A stretch of DNA of 64,000 bases from Phycisphaerae bacterium (GTDB taxonomy: Bacteria; Planctomycetota; Phycisphaerae; UBA1845; Fen-1342): positions 1 to 64,000 of the forward strand of contig CAXXTC010000007.1 of assembly GCA_963666925.2 (NCBI GenBank), written 5' to 3'. Shown in pieces: positions 60,423-64,000 of this stretch (the stretch's first letter is position 1; each line of letters starts with the position of its first letter). The notes under the pieces are model-generated. The model was not told the origin of the DNA and did no database searches. It saw only the letters and a program-made list of their open reading frames with translations. Position numbers and translations under genes: made by a program.

Positions 60423-61483
60423 GCGGCCTCCTGTTCACCGAGCGGTCCGGTGGCAGCGCGGGCCCGCGGCAGGCGCCGGCCGGGGCGGACGCAGGTTTCG
60501 ATGAGCACGGCGACGAGCGCGAGCAGTGCGAACAGGTGCGCCTTGAGTGGGTGACGGATGCGTTGCTGGTCGGCATCTTCGGCGAAGCGGACGCTGCGCG
60601 CGATGCGGCGATAGATGTCGCTGAGGTCGAAGTTGCGCGTGCCGACGGGCACGAACAGGCCGCCGGTGGAAACATTGGAGAGCTGCTGGAGCGTGGCGAA
60701 GTCGGCCTTGCTACGGACGACCTCGCCCTGATAGGTCAGGTAGCGCTCGCCGGCGCCGCCGCCGAGCGGGATCGGCGATCCTACCTGCGAATCGCCCAGG
60801 CCGAGGGCGATGATGGCGATCTGGTGGTCCTGCCAGGCGGCGGCGGCGGCCTGGACGGGGAAGCTTTCGTGATCTTCGCCGTCGGTGATGAGCAGGATGA
60901 ATTTGTGGCTGTCGACGTCGTCGTCGAGGGTGTCTCCGGCGAGGCGGATGGCGTCGCCGATGAGCGTGCCGCCGCGGGCGGCGCTGCGTACGGTGACGTC
61001 GTCGAGGGCGAGGCGGAAGGTGCCGTAGTCGATGGTGAGCGGGCAGGCAAGCGTAGGGGTGCCGGCGAAAGTGATCAGCCCGATGCGATCGCCGCCGAGC
61101 GCGGGGAGCAGGTCGTCGCGGATGGAGAGCTTGGCGCGTTCGAGGCGATTGGGGGCGATGTCGCGGGCGAGCATGGATCGGGAGACGTCGAGCAGGACCA
61201 TGATGTCGATATTGCGGCGGACGATCGGGCGGGCCTCGCGACCCCAGCGCGTGCCGACCAGGGCGGCGACCAGCGCGACCAGGGCGAGCGCGGTCAGCCC
61301 GACGCGTACCAGGCCGCGGAACCAGCCCACGCCGGGGGTGAGGCGCGGCAAGAGGTTGGCGTCGGCGAAGATGCGCAAAGCGCGGCGGCGCTGCCAGATC
61401 CCGTAGATGCCCACGAGCGCAATGGCCAAGACGGCCCAGAGCAGGTGCAGCCAGCGGAGATCGTCGAAAGTGAGGTCGGTCAC
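60419..61483 (-). CDS. VWA-domain protein (BatB-like)
   Basis: LDVSRSMLARDIAPNRLERAK, PLTIDY, LITDGEDH; GTGA overlap with the upstream gene. Confidence 0.92.
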   Translation of the reverse strand: MTDLTFDDLRWLHLLWAVLAIALVGIYGIWQRRRALRIFADANLLPRLTPGVGWFRGLVRVGLTALALVALVAALVGTRWGREARPIVRRNIDIMVLLDVSRSMLARDIAPNRLERAKLSIRDDLLPALGGDRIGLITFAGTPTLACPLTIDYGTFRLALDDVTVRSAARGGTLIGDAIRLAGDTLDDDVDSHKFILLITDGEDHESFPVQAAAAAWQDHQIAIIALGLGDSQVGSPIPLGGGAGERYLTYQGEVVRSKADFATLQQLSNVSTGGLFVPVGTRNFDLSDIYRRIARSVRFAEDADQQRIRHPLKAHLFALLALVAVLIETCVRPGRRLPRARAATGPLGEQEAA

Positions 61484-62553
61484 GGGATCTTCCTCAGCAG
61501 CGTGGCGTCGAGCAGGGTCTGGAGGGCGAGGCAGATGAACGCGGTCAGCAGGAGCGGCCAAGCCAGGTCGCGCCATTCGACGTAGTGTTGTTCCTCGGTG
61601 CGGGTGCGTTCGAGCTGGTCGATGCGTTCGTAGATCTGGCGGAGGGCGGCGTTGTCGCGGGCGCGGAAGTGTTCGCCGCCGGTGACTTCGGCTATGTGCC
61701 TGAGGGCGCTGTCGTCGACGGGGACGCGGGCCCAGCCGGCGCGTTGGCCGGTGCCGGCGAGAATGGTGTAGACCTTGATGCCGTAGGTGGCGGCGAGTTC
61801 GCCGGCCTGGTCTGGTGTGATCATGCCGGAGTTGTTTTCGCCGTCGGTGAGGAGGATGACAATGCGGCTGCGGATGACGAGCTGGTCGCCGGAGCCGGTG
61901 GTGCGTTCAAGGTCTTTGAGTCGTTCGACGGCGAGGGCGAGGCCGTCGCCGATGGCGGTGTTCTGGGCTTCTTCGAGCGGGTGGCCGAGCCTATCGACGG
62001 GGATTTCGATGTCGGCGAGCGTGTTGAGGACGGTGTCGTGGTCGAGGGTTAGGGGGCAGACGCTGTCAGCGTAGCGGGCGAAACGGATGATGCCGACGAG
62101 GTCGTTGGGTCGGCCGGGGAGTTCGCCGTCGCCGGCGACGAAGCGGCGGAATACGTCCTTGACGACGTCGAGGCGGGTCTGTTCGGGGCCGCGGCGGGGC
62201 GAGAGGTCGGTGTCGGTCATGCTCCAGGAGGTGTCGAGGACCATCTGAATAGCAATGCCCTCGACGAACACCCGGCTGGACTCGTTGGGGGTCTGGGGGC
62301 GGGCAACAGCGACGATCAGAGCGAGCAGTGCGACGGTGCGCAGGATCGGCAGCGCGAGCCGGAGGTGGCGGCGGGTGGCGCCGCCGGCGCTGCGCAGGGC
62401 GGCGAGGCCGGAATAACGGATCACGGTGCGCCGACGCGGATGCAGGAGCAGAATCCAGACGATGGGGACGAGGATGATCAGCGTGAGGGCCCAGACCCAC
62501 GGCAGGGGCCAGCAAAGCCAGGCGGGCGTGAGTGGCAGGTGAATGTGGGTCAT
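61480..62553 (-). CDS. VWA-domain protein (BatA-like)
   Basis: VARPQ, LDTSWSM, TAIGDGL, LLTDGENNSG, IDQLERT. Confidence 0.92.
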   Translation of the reverse strand: MTHIHLPLTPAWLCWPLPWVWALTLIILVPIVWILLLHPRRRTVIRYSGLAALRSAGGATRRHLRLALPILRTVALLALIVAVARPQTPNESSRVFVEGIAIQMVLDTSWSMTDTDLSPRRGPEQTRLDVVKDVFRRFVAGDGELPGRPNDLVGIIRFARYADSVCPLTLDHDTVLNTLADIEIPVDRLGHPLEEAQNTAIGDGLALAVERLKDLERTTGSGDQLVIRSRIVILLTDGENNSGMITPDQAGELAATYGIKVYTILAGTGQRAGWARVPVDDSALRHIAEVTGGEHFRARDNAALRQIYERIDQLERTRTEEQHYVEWRDLAWPLLLTAFICLALQTLLDATLLRKIP

Positions 62554-63617
62554 GCCGCCGCCCCTTCGGATTGATCGGTGTCGGAAGATGCGATGGCGCT
62601 GACCGCGGTGGCCTGGACGAACGCGCGGGCGGTGCGAAGGACCGCGTCGGCGTCGTCGCGACGGGGTTCGAGAGCGGCGTATTTGACCAGGTCGCAGGCT
62701 TCGAGGAAGGCGCGCAGGGCGTCGGTGTCGTAGGGCAGCGTCGGACGCTCGCGCGGCAGCGTGGCGAGGAATTCCTCGGTGGTCATCTCGGGGGCGGCGA
62801 GGCCGAACTTGCGTTCGATGTAGCTGCGAACGATTTCCGTCAGGCGGTAGTAATAGTCGCGGATGCGGCCTGAGCCGGGGAGATCGGCGCGTTCGAGATC
62901 AGCCAGTTCGCGCAGGGCCCAGACTTCGGGCAGGATGGGCGGCGGCGGGCGGCAGGCGCGGCGGCGAAGGATGATGATCAGGCCGGCGATCGCGGCGAGG
63001 GCGAGGATGATTCCGGCGATGATCAGTGTCCATTGGCCGGCGGTCAACGGCGGCTTCGGGACGACGAGCGCGGTGGTGACGTCGCGCGGGTCGGCCGGCG
63101 AATCGGTCTCGGTCAGCACCGATCGCACCGTTACTTTGAGCGGATTGCTGACCAGCTCGTTGGCGAAGGTGGGTTGGGTGGCGACGTCGTCGGCGGTGTG
63201 GCGATAGGTGACGGTGAGCGGCGGGATTTCGAGCTCACCCGATGCGAGCGGGACAGTTTCGAGGCGTTTGCGCCAGACGATGCCCGGCGGCGCCGGCCGG
63301 GGGCCGACGGTTTCACCCGGCGTGACCGCGAGCCCGCCCAATTCTTCGATGTCGGGGAGCTGGGCTTCGTAGCCATCGGGGGCGCGGAACTCGACGTCGA
63401 TGGTGAGCGCGTCGCCGACCATGATCGTGGCGGGGTGCACGACGACGGCGAGCTTCAGCGGGCCGCGGGTGACTTCGTCGCGCAGCTCGTTGGTGGTTGT
63501 TTCCGGCTCGTGCTGCTCGCAGCCGACGAGGGTGGCCGCCAGCAGCAGCGCCAGCGGCGTGAGCCGGCGGGCGGCGGCGCGGGGAGCGGTGCGGATGGTG
63601 TGCGCAACAATACTCAT
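62550..63617 (-). CDS. Bat-operon associated membrane/lipoprotein
   Basis: LVGC lipobox, TM, YYYRLTEIVRSYIE..EMTTEEF..DLVKYA; lies between DUF58 and the VWA genes. Confidence 0.75.
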   Translation of the reverse strand: MSIVAHTIRTAPRAAARRLTPLALLLAATLVGCEQHEPETTTNELRDEVTRGPLKLAVVVHPATIMVGDALTIDVEFRAPDGYEAQLPDIEELGGLAVTPGETVGPRPAPPGIVWRKRLETVPLASGELEIPPLTVTYRHTADDVATQPTFANELVSNPLKVTVRSVLTETDSPADPRDVTTALVVPKPPLTAGQWTLIIAGIILALAAIAGLIIILRRRACRPPPPILPEVWALRELADLERADLPGSGRIRDYYYRLTEIVRSYIERKFGLAAPEMTTEEFLATLPRERPTLPYDTDALRAFLEACDLVKYAALEPRRDDADAVLRTARAFVQATAVSAIASSDTDQSEGAAA

Positions 63618-64000
63618 CGGCGGCGCCCCCGCTGGCGGAAGAAACGGGTCAGTGGATCAACGAATGACGCGCCGGTTTCGACCTCCAACAGGTCGATGCG
63701 CAGGCGACGCAGTTCGTTGAGCAGATTGTCGCGGCGCTGGTCGGCGAGTTGGGCAACGCGCCGGCGAAAACTCGGCGAGCTGGTGTCGACGAGCAGTTGC
63801 TCGCCGGTCTCGGGGTCGAGCAATTCGACGTAGCGGACCGCGGGCAGCTCCAGCTCACGGCGATCGCGCACCAGGACGGGGATGAGATCGTGGCGGAAGC
63901 GGGCGATGCGCAGCGGGTCGCGGAAATCGGGCGATTGGAAGTCGCTGATCAGGAAAACGACGGCCCGGCGGCGCAGTACGCGGTTCAAATATTCGAGGGC
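63614..64000 (-). CDS. DUF58-domain protein (5' end outside the window)
   Basis: VFLISDF..RHD..DPETGE, typical of MoxR-DUF58-VWA operons. Confidence 0.85.
   Translation of the reverse strand, partial: ALEYLNRVLRRRAVVFLISDFQSPDFRDPLRIARFRHDLIPVLVRDRRELELPAVRYVELLDPETGEQLLVDTSSPSFRRRVAQLADQRRDNLLNELRRLRIDLLEVETGASFVDPLTRFFRQRGRRR

Overview
This is a 64-kb, GC-rich bacterial chromosomal window. It most likely comes from a Planctomycetota (Phycisphaerae-like) genome, an inference from the multiple Hanks-type kinases, the GDMxCxGxVNFDDIDxFV dockerin-like repeats, an orphan prepilin-type gene and a Bat/VWA operon. It holds about 46 CDS: a Ser/Thr-kinase/FHA signalling block, housekeeping genes (tpiA, secG, yicC, tatD, alr, queA, gapN), envelope genes, an RND pump, two large secreted proteins and a DUF58/VWA operon. 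No tRNA, rRNA or CRISPR array was found. Highlights: (1) an IS110-family (IS1111-type) element inserted in a REP hairpin, whose 3' non-coding end carries both halves of that REP target and one half of its own donor junction, i.e. a readable bridge/seekRNA, with vacant target copies elsewhere in the window; (2) a five-gene redox operon combining a secreted beta-propeller, a NapG/NapH-like pair, a membrane-anchored HydC-HydB (NuoEF) fusion with bifurcation-type motifs and an Fe-S-only HydA/NuoG-like subunit, with no catalytic subunit; (3) a Maf glycosyltransferase coupled to a Cys-less radical-SAM/SPASM protein; (4) REP/MITE repeats inside coding sequence; (5) a sharp C-to-G strand-skew switch near 51.5 kb. 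Several genes carry small frameshifts that look like long-read insertion errors. All calls come from reading motifs by eye; no database searches were run.
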